From Candidatus Hermodarchaeota archaeon (GTDB taxonomy: Archaea > Asgardarchaeota > Hermodarchaeia > Hermodarchaeales > Hermodarchaeaceae), in NCBI GenBank assembly GCA_016839805.1, contig JAEOTO010000015.1:1-64000 (forward strand): 64,000 bases of DNA, given 5' to 3'. This document shows positions 29,563 through 41,600 of the stretch, one piece after another; position 1 is the first letter of the stretch, and every line of letters begins with the position of its first letter. A program made the translations under genes and the position numbers. Below the pieces are notes generated by a model. The model did no database searches, was not told the DNA's origin, and saw nothing but the letters and a program-made list of their open reading frames with translations.

Positions 29563-30411
29563 TTATACAATTTTGTTCCCGCATTTGGGACAGAATTTAC
29601 CTTGGTACATGAATAGGGGATACTCTGAATCACATTTAGAACAACGTGCAATGAGTTTTTTGCCACAGTTTGTACAAGCTTCGCTAAGGGTGACCATGGC
29701 TTTACAATGTGGACACTGCACCTGTGGCATCGATGGCATTCCTCCAGGTATCATAGTGGGAGAAGATATCGGAGTAGGCGGTGCCAGCGCTGCTGCTGAT
29801 CCGGTTTTCATGGGAGCCGAACAATGGGGACAATGGGTATCACCGGCAGGAACGTGTGTTCCACAGAAAGGACACTTGTTCTTAGATTTAGCGGTTTCAA
29901 TTTGAGCTTCCACGATGGCGAACATCTGCGGTTTCTTACTTTCGAACTCGATATCTTCGCCACTACTCAAAGTTATGACTAGTTTGTTCTTTGGACTGTC
30001 GATGTTATCAATTGCCATGAGAGGAATCGCCAGGGATTCTGCTACTCCACCTTGGCCACGAGCTACCATTTGGTTACTAGACAAGGTGTCAAATACAATG
30101 GCACTAGCAGCGACATGGGAAGCATGACGAACGCCCCGACCGACAGCTCTGCCAAAAACACCACCATGGCGACCCACGGCGTCAGCCGCCACTGATCCTG
30201 CTACACCCACTGCGAAAGCCTTGGCTAAACCACCGAACAATCCACCACCTTTTGGTTTCTCTACTTTATACCAGACAATACGTACATCCGAAACCACAAG
30301 GCGTCCAGTGTTCCCTTCAAATTTCACGTCATCAATTTTTGTGGCTACCTTTTCATACCCCAGTGGAACTAGTTGACCGTTCTGGACCGACACATTCAGA
30401 AATTCAGTCAT
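29563..30411 (-). CDS. PH-like domain plus multiple zinc-ribbon protein
   Basis: GRLVVSDVRIVWY and IPLxxIxxI..L.I PH-type strands; six CxxC pairs; Pro-rich linker. Confidence 0.7.
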   Translation of the reverse strand: MTEFLNVSVQNGQLVPLGYEKVATKIDDVKFEGNTGRLVVSDVRIVWYKVEKPKGGGLFGGLAKAFAVGVAGSVAADAVGRHGGVFGRAVGRGVRHASHVAASAIVFDTLSSNQMVARGQGGVAESLAIPLMAIDNIDSPKNKLVITLSSGEDIEFESKKPQMFAIVEAQIETAKSKNKCPFCGTHVPAGDTHCPHCSAPMKTGSAAALAPPTPISSPTMIPGGMPSMPQVQCPHCKAMVTLSEACTNCGKKLIARCSKCDSEYPLFMYQGKFCPKCGNKIV

Positions 30412-30493
30412 AACTAAAAGTCACCGTTTTTGACACCTAAAACCTTTCTACACGAAGTGATTTCATCATCTGGGATTTAGGAGAACTAAGTAT

Positions 30494-31816
30494 TTATTTT
30501 TCCGGGTTGGGATGAAGATTTTCTCCATTCTTTGCTTCAGTAGATTTGGCTTTTCTGTTTTCGTTATTTTCGTCAAGTTGTTCTTCAATATGAGGGAGTG
30601 ATGTTAATACCCAGGATAGGACTAACACAATAATTAGCGTTGACCCAAAGAGAAGAAAAATCAACGGAATCGCAAAGAACTCACCTAAGATTCCTCCCAC
30701 AAGAAAAGCAAATGGAGCAGTAAACTGGGCGATTGTTGTTCGAACCGAAAAGACGCGACCGATTTTTTCGGGTGGAACTACTTTTTGCCAAATCGTCTGA
30801 CTTGAAATATTGGCTAACGGAATGGTGAGTCCGATCAATGTGACTCCCAAGGCTGCAATCCAAAAGCTGCCTGGGGGAGTTAATCCAAGAACAACCATTG
30901 AAAGAGCACCAAAGAATATGCCAACAAAGACTCCGATGATGTTACGTTTGAATCCTCCCCATGCGGACATAAAGCCAGAAGCGATCATCATACTTAGACT
31001 TTGTAAAGACATCAGACCGGCTAAGAGTAATACGGCTAAAGTGACATCGCCCAAGGCTAGATGGAAGGTGCTATACAGGGGAAGTAGGATGAAAATTGGT
31101 GGGAGTAAGAAATTGGTGATAGCAAAAACTGTGAGTAGCGTAATTAATCCAGGACGTTGTTTCATGAAGGTTAACCCTTCACCGAATTCTTGCCTGAAAG
31201 AGGATTTCTCTCCAGGTGGTTTGATTCGAACCGCTGGGATGAACACCAGAAGTGTCGGAACGATAGCGATCAGATATGTGCTAATATCAATTAACAGAAT
31301 TTGTGCCATATTTCCGAGAAGCAAGGAGAAAACCAAAGCTCCTATTGTCGGGCCAATTGTTTGAATGAGGCTAGTGGCGAAATATTGCATACTATTCATT
31401 CGGCTCAGCTGTTTATCAGGTACCATTATGGGAATGATGGCTTGGACAGCCATCTGATGAAAAGCCCCGAGCATTCCACTGAGCAGTTGGATAATTAAAA
31501 CATGGATGATGTTTGCAATTCCCAACGCGAACAGGATAACTAGAATGAAGCTTAACAGTGCTAGTAAGCTATCGGCAATAGCTATAATTTTTTTCCGGGA
31601 CCAACGGTCTACCAACACACCCGCAATGGGTGTTATCAAAATGAAGCTTCCAAAGGCAAAAAACGCTGATAATCCAAGAAGAAATGCACTTCCGGTTTGG
31701 ACAGTTATCCACCAGGTTAAACTGAAATTGACGATATTGGTTCCTGCTAGTGACACAAGTTGACCGAACCAGAAAAACAGGTATCCACGAAGATTGTATT
31801 CTCTTTGTTCATTCAT
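30494..31816 (-). CDS. MFS efflux transporter (MefA/DHA3-like)
   Basis: GQLVSLAG, GVLVDRWSRK, VPPEKIGRVF. Confidence 0.9.
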   Translation of the reverse strand: MNEQREYNLRGYLFFWFGQLVSLAGTNIVNFSLTWWITVQTGSAFLLGLSAFFAFGSFILITPIAGVLVDRWSRKKIIAIADSLLALLSFILVILFALGIANIIHVLIIQLLSGMLGAFHQMAVQAIIPIMVPDKQLSRMNSMQYFATSLIQTIGPTIGALVFSLLLGNMAQILLIDISTYLIAIVPTLLVFIPAVRIKPPGEKSSFRQEFGEGLTFMKQRPGLITLLTVFAITNFLLPPIFILLPLYSTFHLALGDVTLAVLLLAGLMSLQSLSMMIASGFMSAWGGFKRNIIGVFVGIFFGALSMVVLGLTPPGSFWIAALGVTLIGLTIPLANISSQTIWQKVVPPEKIGRVFSVRTTIAQFTAPFAFLVGGILGEFFAIPLIFLLFGSTLIIVLVLSWVLTSLPHIEEQLDENNENRKAKSTEAKNGENLHPNPEK

Positions 31817-32088
31817 CGGTTTTCAGTCAACCCGGTATGTTCTATAATGGGTTCAATGTTGGTAGCAATTTAATGAACGAGAATTCTGGTTGAATTATTA
31901 TTAATACTTTCTCACTATTCGAAAATAAACTCTCGCTCTTTGAGAAAAGAAAGGGTCGTTGTAATACTCATCAGCGGTCTTTAGAATAACAACTGATTTG
32001 TCTACAATTGTCTGTTGAAAATAAACCATTCATCTATCAGACCAACTAGTGGGTCTTTTGATATGAACAGGAATGGGTTCCACCAATA

Positions 32089-32865
32089 TTAGGATGGAAT
32101 GAAGGCGGTTGCTTGCCAATAGTTGAGACTAATAATTTGGCAGTTGGTGACCTGTGATCCATACGTTGCGATCCATTCAGTGTTAGAATCTACAGCATAA
32201 TGAATTGGGATGAAGAATCGAGGCTCGATTACATTCAGAGCATGGACGACTTCTTCGTTAGCCATGGTCTGACATCCAGGCCCTAGAGGGAGGAGTGCCA
32301 CATCAATCTCGCCTGTTATTTGATAATATTCAGGGATGTTCTTTGAGTCTCCAGCGTGGAATATCGTAAAGCCATTGATGTCGATGATGTAGCTGGTCCA
32401 GTTCGCTTCTTCTGGATGACTAGCTGGATACCCTTGGAGAGAAAATGTGTACATATAGAAGGCTGTAATCGTGATATGTCCCACTTGGAGTTGGTCTTCC
32501 GGATTCACGCCGATTCCATCATGAACCAGAATCTCTGCGCTCATGTTCTCTGGAAAGATATTTACTGTCCCCTCCCTCTGCAAAAGAGTAACCACATCAC
32601 CCTGATAATGATCACCATGGGGATGTGTGATCAACACTGCATCAGCAGGTAAGTCTCCATATGTTGAATCTAGGTTAATTGGGTCCACGTAGATGCGTAT
32701 TCCCTGGTGTTCAATCATTACTCCAGCATTATCCAATAAGGTGAATCGAATTGAATTGGCATTTTGGTTTAGGAAAGAAAACGCTACAACGGATGAACCT
32801 ACTACGACAATGGTGATAATCGCTGTTACAGTGACTGTAATCTTCATTCGTTTGGAAAGGCTCAT
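32089..32865 (-). CDS. MBL-fold metallo-hydrolase with N-terminal membrane anchor
   Basis: THPHGDH, FHAGD, PIHY; N-terminal TM. Confidence 0.9.
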   Translation of the reverse strand: MSLSKRMKITVTVTAIITIVVVGSSVVAFSFLNQNANSIRFTLLDNAGVMIEHQGIRIYVDPINLDSTYGDLPADAVLITHPHGDHYQGDVVTLLQREGTVNIFPENMSAEILVHDGIGVNPEDQLQVGHITITAFYMYTFSLQGYPASHPEEANWTSYIIDINGFTIFHAGDSKNIPEYYQITGEIDVALLPLGPGCQTMANEEVVHALNVIEPRFFIPIHYAVDSNTEWIATYGSQVTNCQIISLNYWQATAFIPS

Positions 32866-33056
32866 GTCATTTCATAGAATTTCGTGGAATATATTTTCAT
32901 GGAATCCGGTTAGTTCGGAATTTCGCTTTTAGGTGAGGAGGAGTTACGATATTCGAACTAATTGGTTCGGGTTTGTAACCATAGAATCGAACTCATGCTC
33001 TCTTGAATGTGTCCTAACTTGAATGGCTGGCTAACGGTTTTGTATTCATCCGTTAC

Positions 33057-33671
33057 TCACTCATTCTTGAGTGGTTGCCTAATCACGGTTCGTAGCTTTT
33101 CTGGGGTTGTCCGTCGTGGATCACTGAGGTAGATTTCATGGTGTTTTCCTCGGAGTTCATAGCCCTGATTAAAGGCGTATTGGTGCATGGTTTCAATGAC
33201 TGGGCCTTCTTCGGAGAAGGGACCGATATGCATCACTTGGACTGATACACCTTCTTGGTAGGTTTCTAATCGCATCTTTGACAAGGCAGTTGGATTCTTT
33301 TTCTCTTGCACAACTTCAATAGCTTCTCTGTAGTGGTCTGTAGTTACTTCAGGAGGTTGCATAATCATGGATGTCCACAGCCATTCTTCTTTTCGGCTGT
33401 TGATAATGAACGCGTTCATATCCTTTGCCCACCATAATCCTTCTAAGGGCATGACCGTGTAATCGATAACTTCGGCTTTTTTTAGTGCGAATTTTAAGGT
33501 GTACGCTATGGGGTAGAGGGCTTCCATGGCCTCCTGATATTCTTGAGAGGTTTCGGGGTAGCCCTTTCCGTCAATCATAAGAAACTGCATGTCTGGCACA
33601 TAAACGATGACCGGTGTTAGTGGGGGATTATAGAATTCCTTGAAGATTTTTTTGTGGTCAACTTTTTCCAT
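33057..33671 (-). CDS. GyrI-like protein, cyclopropanoid-hydrolase-type subfamily
   Basis: PLEGLWW, HIGPFSEE, HHEIYLSDPR, LRTVIRQP. Confidence 0.88.
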   Translation of the reverse strand: MEKVDHKKIFKEFYNPPLTPVIVYVPDMQFLMIDGKGYPETSQEYQEAMEALYPIAYTLKFALKKAEVIDYTVMPLEGLWWAKDMNAFIINSRKEEWLWTSMIMQPPEVTTDHYREAIEVVQEKKNPTALSKMRLETYQEGVSVQVMHIGPFSEEGPVIETMHQYAFNQGYELRGKHHEIYLSDPRRTTPEKLRTVIRQPLKNE

Positions 33672-33672
33672 T

Positions 33673-34836
33673 TTATATCACATCTGCGTTACTCGCGTTT
33701 TTGAGTAGTTCAATTGCCTCCTTTTCCACCTCATAGAGCTGTAAAATCCATTCCTGAGTAATGGGGAGAAACTTCGGAGCATTGGCAACTTCGACTAGGA
33801 TTTCATCCAAATTCGAAGCGAGTTCACGATTAATAGCTTGCAACCGCTCTGTGGCCCCTGGTGCCTGTTCCTCACCAATACGATTTTGTTCCAGAATAAG
33901 TTCACGGGCTCGACGGAGCATCGGATACTCGTCGGGTAGTAAAAAGGTAGCAATCTCACTCCATATAGTTGCCGCTTGCTGATACTTGGTAATCACTGCG
34001 TCCAACCCCGGCATGTGGAAAAGCTCAGATGCCTCTTGCAGGTATCGCGCATACATGGGACGAAATGCACTTCCGCCAGTGCCACCTACTTCGATATAGA
34101 TGAAGCCTTGATAGAGGGCGTTCCATAACTTTTCTCCAGGGAACAGCTTTGGCCATTTAACGATAAGCTTCGCCCATTTCTCGATGCCTTTCAATCCGAT
34201 ATTTCGTATCGGCGGATTCAACATCCCATCAATTGTATGGTGTATAGATTCATTTATCATCTCTCTGGTGATGTTCAATTGTTCAGGGAGTTCGAGATCA
34301 AAAATTGCATGCTGGGGTGGCCAAGGAGGAAACTTAGACGCTCTCGCCCTCTTCAACTCATCTATCCTTACTGTCACACCTCGGTGTGCCCGATCAGAGA
34401 TGTACACAATATCCGCGGCTTCGTCGATACCGTAGACGACGAAGACGTGCTGCCCAAAATGGGAGTCTTCAGGAACCCCCATATAGGGAAGATAGGCCAT
34501 GTCCGCATAAATCACGGCTGGCTCCATGTTCGCCAACTTTTCAAGCAGCCAGGTATGTCCCTTTTTGCTACTCGTTGTTCGCTGCACGACCAGTGAGGCA
34601 CCAGTCCGTCGGACCGCATCATCGATGAAATGCCGTCCACCACCACGACCACCTACCATGGGTGCTGGCATCTGCTTAACATACCAATAGATGAACCCGA
34701 TTCCGCCCCCGAGTCCGAAGAGCATCTCTTCCGTTATTGGTAATCCATGATGGCGGTAAACTTTCTGAACGGCACTGGTTTCACAATGCAGCCCACCAAA
34801 CAAGTTGAAATCATCAACGACAAACTGATTACTCAT
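33673..34836 (-). CDS. BtrH N-terminal domain / DUF4872 protein (papain-like Cys-His)
   Basis: HCET, EEMLFGLGGG, DMAYLPY, HFGQH, GGTGGSAFR. Confidence 0.88.
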   Translation of the reverse strand: MSNQFVVDDFNLFGGLHCETSAVQKVYRHHGLPITEEMLFGLGGGIGFIYWYVKQMPAPMVGGRGGGRHFIDDAVRRTGASLVVQRTTSSKKGHTWLLEKLANMEPAVIYADMAYLPYMGVPEDSHFGQHVFVVYGIDEAADIVYISDRAHRGVTVRIDELKRARASKFPPWPPQHAIFDLELPEQLNITREMINESIHHTIDGMLNPPIRNIGLKGIEKWAKLIVKWPKLFPGEKLWNALYQGFIYIEVGGTGGSAFRPMYARYLQEASELFHMPGLDAVITKYQQAATIWSEIATFLLPDEYPMLRRARELILEQNRIGEEQAPGATERLQAINRELASNLDEILVEVANAPKFLPITQEWILQLYEVEKEAIELLKNASNADVI

Positions 34837-35390
34837 ACTCTATTCTCACTCCGTTCTTTCAGCTGATGTGTCACACTTTCAATCCACGCAAGTTCTGCTT
34901 GTCCACGAACAAGCCCGTGATCGAAGATGATTTCTGCTCCGAAGGGAAGGGGGCGTTGTTCCTTGCGTAGCTGCTTTAGGTGGTTAATCCGTTGACGCAA
35001 TTTTTCAGCGTAGCCTACAAGACCTTTGATAGCTTCTTCGACGGGAAGTAATTCAATGTACGCAGCGCCTAGATCAACACGCCCACGTGGACGTTCAGGT
35101 TCTGAAATATACAGTTTGATGATGTGCTTCAAAGTAGAACGTCCCCGACGTGTCAATCGGTATAACTTCCGAGCTGGACCTTTCTCCGATGGGTTCAGTC
35201 GGCTTGTAATTAATTTGACTTTTTCGAGTCGATTAAGAATTGCATAGATTGAAGAAAAGCCGATATCTGTCCAATTCCGAACTCCCCGCTCTTCTATGGC
35301 TTCGTTTAGTGCATATCCGTGGGCTTCACCTTCACTGAGTAAACTAAGTACTGCGACTTCAGCCTGTGTTAACTCATCAGGTATTCTCAT
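34833..35390 (-). CDS. PadR family transcriptional regulator
   Basis: HGYAL, SSIYAILNRLE, RKLYRLT; ATGA overlap with downstream gene. Confidence 0.92.
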   Translation of the reverse strand: MRIPDELTQAEVAVLSLLSEGEAHGYALNEAIEERGVRNWTDIGFSSIYAILNRLEKVKLITSRLNPSEKGPARKLYRLTRRGRSTLKHIIKLYISEPERPRGRVDLGAAYIELLPVEEAIKGLVGYAEKLRQRINHLKQLRKEQRPLPFGAEIIFDHGLVRGQAELAWIESVTHQLKERSENRV

Positions 35391-35396
35391 GATATA

Positions 35397-35416
35397 GTAT
35401 TCTAATAATAGAATAC
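35397..35416. promoter_or_regulatory. Putative PadR operator
   Basis: GTATTCTA-N4-TAGAATAC inverted repeat 6 bp upstream of the ATG, adjoining a TTAATA TATA-like box (probable leaderless mRNA). Confidence 0.7.
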
Positions 35417-35609
35417 ATATTAATGTTTCGAATTCAACAAACCAAGGAATAGATTCGACTACTCGGCATTTCGAAAGGTCAACCGATTTCTTTAGCCGGA
35501 TGTCTAAAATTTATATAGCTCGCATTCCTTTTGCATCATGATGTTTGGGAATAGTGGGTAGGTTATTCTGGCCATATTCTACGTCAAGATCGAGCTTGGT
35601 GGGTAGAAG

Positions 35610-38600
35610 ATGTATAAATTCCGATTTAAGCAATTCATTTGCCTCCTGGCGATTTCGTTTTTAGTTGTTCCATCATTGGTAGCAACTGCAACACCATCTT
35701 TTGCAGTAAGGGACCCTTCAAGTTCTTCCAGCTCTCCTACTGTTAATACTTTAGACACTAATCGATTTGAGGGGCTAACAGAGGGAGTTGGAAGCTTAGA
35801 TGATCGAGTTAGTGATAAAGAACGAGAGTGGTATTGGCGTGATGCGAAGGGATCTTGGCAGGATTATCGTGATAGTTTAACATCATATCGTCAGGCTGCG
35901 GAAAGAATCCGCCATCGGCAAACAAGCTATTTTACTCAAATGGGTTCAGGAATGCTAATACAAGAACAAGTGGAAGGGAACCGACTTCGAATATCGGTAC
36001 GTATTGGGAGTTATAGTATTCTCTCCTATGCTTTTGATGAAGGTATGTATCAGACAGTTATTGTGGAGGGGGCAGAGACATCGACAGATTATGGATGTCC
36101 AACACTTCCATATAAGAACCTCTTGTTTTCTCTACCTGCTGATGTTCATCCACTTTCTGTTCAAGTGAATTCACGATTAATGGAATCTATTGATGGGTTA
36201 TCTCTAGTCCCTGGTCCTGAACCTCTGCGTCTTGCGAGTACTTATCCTAATAATCCCACAATTTACTTTGATGAGCAAGCATATTCAACTTCAAGTTTTA
36301 TGCCTACATCCTTAGTGGATTACAACGAGGTGGGAATGCGAGGGACTAAGGGCTTATTTGTGAAACTGAGTCTCATGCAATATAATCCTGTTCAAAAACA
36401 CGCTAGTATCGTGGTCGCCCTCGAAGTCGATATCACCTTTTCAGAACCCGTAACATCTGAGGAGTTGCACATCAATCCATATGAATCCCAGTTCAACGGT
36501 GGGGGACAGGATTATGTGATAATTGCCCCCGCATCATTTGTACCAAATTTGGGTTCCTTTCAGCAGTGGAAGCAAGATTTGGGATATGACGTCTCCATTA
36601 TGCCTGTGGAAACCATCTATGCTACCTATTCCGGACGGGACTACGCTGAGCGTATGCGGACTTTCATCCAAGCGTCTTACACACAAAATAATACGTTGTT
36701 CTTTCTCTTTGTTGGAGATGGTGATGTAGTGCCGACACGAATGGTTTGGGATCCATACCTAGCAGGTGGACTAGATAACGGCACCGAACCCAGTGATATG
36801 TATTTTGAGTGCCTAGATGGCGATTGGGATGCAAACGGTAATAGCCTTTTTGGGGAGACGGACGATAACGTTGATTTCTTCCCTGAGGTTTTGGTTGGAC
36901 GTATCCCTGTTCAAACTGTTACTCAGGCTGAAGACGTACTTGACGCCATTATTCAATTAGAAAGCAATCCCCCACCTGGTTCATGGATGAATGATGTTCT
37001 GTTGATTGGACCCGATTGTTTTGGATCCGGGGATGGTGCAAATATGATTGAAGAGGAACTCAATCAACAGTTCCTCTATGATTCTTTCTTTGATGTCTAT
37101 CGTACTTATCCTACTGATGGATCTTTATCCAACATTAACGTGATTAACCGGATTAATACTGGTGTGGGTATCGTCGACTTCTTTGATCATGGGTGGTATG
37201 GAGGCTGGGTTGGGGCATTAGATGAAGAAAGCGGAAGTGAGGTTTCGAATCTTCTGAATGGTGCGAAAACGCCCTTTGCCTTTGCTATGGCCTGTGAAAC
37301 TGCGGCCTTTGATGCTGAAGCTTACGAGCCAACAATTGGTGAAGCTTTCTTCCGGAATCCCAATGGTGGTGCCATTGCTTATATTGGTGCTACTCGGATT
37401 GCTTGGGCAGGCTATCATGCTTTTGACGGGCTTCATAATCGCTTCTGGCATTATTTCTTTGACTCAGCACTCACTAAATGGTTTGCCAGTCCGAAGCTCG
37501 CTCTCCATGCAGCTCGTCAAGAAATGGTAACGACCTATTCTATGACTGATCCAATCAGTCTTGAGACAGTCTATCAGGCCATCTATTTCGGGGACCCCTC
37601 AATGTCCCTATACTGGAAACACAATATAACCAACTCTGCCACTCAGGTTGAAATCAACGAAGTTGTGCAATTGAATGGAACCTGTAATCTACTCTACAAT
37701 AATACACCTATCAGTGACACCGTCAATGTACTTGTTCGTGATCCTCTTGGACACGTCGTCTATAATAGCCCTCACATTACAGATAGTCAAGGCAGATATA
37801 CTGCAACTTTTACTGTCAGTGAAGTTGCTGGGAATTACACTGTTGAAACCACTATTACACAACCTTTTGACTATACGGCCGTTAACACCTTTTATGTTGG
37901 CAACCATTCACTAACGCTTCAGTTGGATTCTTCTCCCCAATACTTCAATTTTCTCGACTTCTCAGGAAGTGCCACAGCTGATGGAACTGGAAATGCTACA
38001 TTGGTTGATGCTGAAGGAAATCTCGTTTCCAGTAAACTCTTTACTATAACGGGTGGGGCATATTCAGAAAGTCTGAATCTCACTGCATTTGGCTGGCTTA
38101 TTCTCCATTTAACCTTAGAAAGTGGCATGGAGCATGGTGGAGTTAGCACGAACTTTTTGGTACGACGTGGTGACATACTTGTAATCGCTGATGATACAGG
38201 TGCATTTGGACCTGACTATCCCGGTGGCTGGACCGCTAATAATCGCGGTGATTCAACAAATCTTGGTGATTATTATGTTGCACTCAAATCCGAATATGCG
38301 GTCTCTATTTTCTATCCTAGGTATGAGAGAGAACCTAGCCTTTCATTACTTCAGAGCTATGACGCTGTCATAGTTACCGTCGGAGATAACTTTGGATATC
38401 CTCTCATTTCACCAGATAGTTTTCTCCTCGATGTGTTATTCTCCTACCATAACAGTGGTGGTCAAATCCTCTTTGAAGGATGCTTAATGTCCGAAGACCT
38501 TGCAAATTCCATGCATAATGCAACTTTCAAGAGCCTTACCCATACCGAACACGTAAAGAACCTAGCAAATACTGGCTCATTAACACTGGAAAACACTTTG

Positions 38601-41600
38601 CATACAATCACGTCTGGATTACCTGCTACTATTGCCCTGCTTGATGGTCTTGGAACACCCTATGCGGATGTCATCACGGCTTTTAATGGTTCAACCTGTG
38701 TAAGTGGTTATGTGGGGGAGGTGGCACCACATGCCGCTATCACTGCTCTCACTCCAACTCCTACCTATGGAGGTGTGGTCTATATCGGATTTTCTATCGA
38801 CGCGATTAGTAATCAGGATCACCGCACACTCCTCATTCAAAACGCCATCGCCTTTCTTCTACAACCTAGTATTGAAGCTATTCTTTCCGATGATGCCTTA
38901 CAAACAGGTACTACAGAAACTATCATTATCGAAGTCTTTGAGGCTGCTACAGGTCAACCCATTTCTGGTGCAGAAGTAACCTTCAATGGATGTGGGATTT
39001 CAGCTACCAACCATACTACTTCCTTTGGCAACTGTTCACTCATCATCACACCTACCAGCGCAGGAATAATTACCGTTCAAATCACCAAGTATGGGTTTCT
39101 AAATTTGACTGGTGCCATCATTGTCTACGATTTACCCATAATTGAAGTCAACACTATTCCAACCTATCTGGTCAGAACCACACCCCAAGACCTAGTGGTG
39201 ATTGCCACCAATTATTATGAACACTTCCCTCTCGATGGCTGTTTCATTAATATTACAGGTTGTGGCGTTAGCGATACTGGTTTCACGAATTCTTCAGGAA
39301 TGGTGGAATTTACAGTTTCACCAACCATCTCTGGATTAATATCAATACATGCCAACCTCAGTGCTTATGTAAATGTCACTAGCTCAATCGGCGTTCGTCT
39401 AATTGCATTAGTATTACCAAGTGCTGGAACCGAGTTTCCCAGTGACTTTTGCTGGGACGAAATTAACCTAAATTGGCAGGATTATGGCACGATACCACTA
39501 TTCATCAATTATACGACCTTTGCTGGTACAAATACTAGCTTCACTATTCAAGACCTCGAAACAAGCAATGCTGATGCCCTTATCATTCCATATCTCTTTG
39601 AACCCTATTCTCCCCAAGAAATTGAAGCGATTAACACTTATGTGCGTGCTGGCCATGGATTATTTGCCAGCGGTTTTGCCATAGCATTGCATTCGGAATC
39701 GATGGGTCCCTTTTTTGGTGTAAAAGAGAATCTGTTCTTCGACACATATTATAGTCTATCCAATCTGAATATATTGCAGCCTGGACACGCTATTTTTCTG
39801 AATCTTCCTGATCCCTTCACAACATCATATCCGTTCTCCTTTTATCCAATGGGTACAGGTTGGGACCTTTCAGTACTCCAAGGGGCTAGTTACCTTGCCA
39901 TAGATACATCTGGATCAAATTATGGAACAATTCTTACATACCGAGGAATAGTCTACACATCATACTTCCCTGAATTACTATCCAATAGGGACGATCGACA
40001 ATTAGTGTATAACATCCTTACCTGGTCTGAGTATGAGATCCCCGACCATGAACTTCGTGTAAGTCTGGCAGCTCCTAATTACTGTGAACCCGGTGACACA
40101 GTGCAAATTAACGCCACCGTATACAATGAGGGCTTGAATAACGAAACTAATCTTCTGCTTCAGCTCTTCATTGATAGTCTACAGGTGGCATCACTCCCAA
40201 TTCCTGAACTAGCAAATTTCACGAGTGAAACCTTGTCGTATCTTTGGACACCCTTAACGGAAGCTATTTACAACATTACTGCCTACGTCGCGCCAGTCCA
40301 AGATGAAACAGACACGAGTAATAATGCAGTTACAAGATTTGTCACCGTTAGACCTATTGAAGGTTGGATTCTCTGGGATAGCATACACCTCACAGATCCC
40401 ATGAACTATTACTCAGACTGGTTAACAGATTTGTCGAATTTAGGGTACGTAATCGAGGAAATTTCAAGTGGCTCTATTACATCTGTTCTTCTGGATAGTT
40501 ATGATATCCTAATATGTGCCCAACCCTATGCCAGCTACTCAGGTGCAGAACAGACTGCCATTCAAACCTTCGTTTTGAATGGAGGCGGATTACTAGTCAT
40601 TGGTGATGATTCACCCACCATCTTTGATATGTTGACACTCTTTGCGGGGATCGACTGGGAATATGGAGGATATGCTGGGACCACATCAGATATCACTCCT
40701 CATCATGTTACAACTGATGTTTTTTCTGCCTACTTCGATTCTCCAATTTGTGAACTTTTGGTTTCAAGTGGTGCAATTAGTCTCATTCGGAATGGTGGGG
40801 ATACACTTCTAGCGGTTTCTGAAGTTGGATCTGGTCGAGTTCTAGGGATTGGTGATGAGCACACGATTCAGGATGGTGCTATCAATCAAGCTGATAATCG
40901 TCAATTAGCGCTCAATATGATTGACTGGCTTCGTCGGATTCAATATCTCCATGATCTCCGTGTGTTTCTTGAAGTTCCTCTCTATGGCTTACCTGACGAT
41001 CCGGTATACATCAATGCAACAGTCAGAAACAGTGGCTTAGAAAATGAAACTAATATTACTGTCCGTTTTTACGTCAATACTTCCTTAGAAGATACAATCA
41101 CAATACCTGAATTAAATAGCAGCGATTCAATCAAAGTTGGAACGATATGGACAACCTCCACCCTTGGACACTATAACATCACTGCATTCATTGTCCCAGT
41201 TCCCTTGGAAAATGTCACAACAAATAACATTGACACACGATGGATACGAATCCGTGAAATTAGCACATATGTGTTATTCGATCGATCCCACGAGAACATG
41301 TTTGAAGAAAATTACACTCAATGGTTTGCTGAGTTATACACCTTAGGCATTTCAGTTGATGTTTTATATTCTGGTCCTATTGATGCTTCAACCTTGAGTG
41401 GTTATAATGCACTTTTGTGTATGAATCCCTGGCTCACCTATTCTAGTGCTGAACTAACAGCAATCCACAACTTTGTTGATAATGGTGGTGGACTATTCGT
41501 GACCGGTGGATGGAACCCTGCTGTTGCTTCCAGCCTTACGGCGCCTTTTGGTATCACATACGAAGATGATTTTAATTCGAGCATTGTCAGTGATATAACA

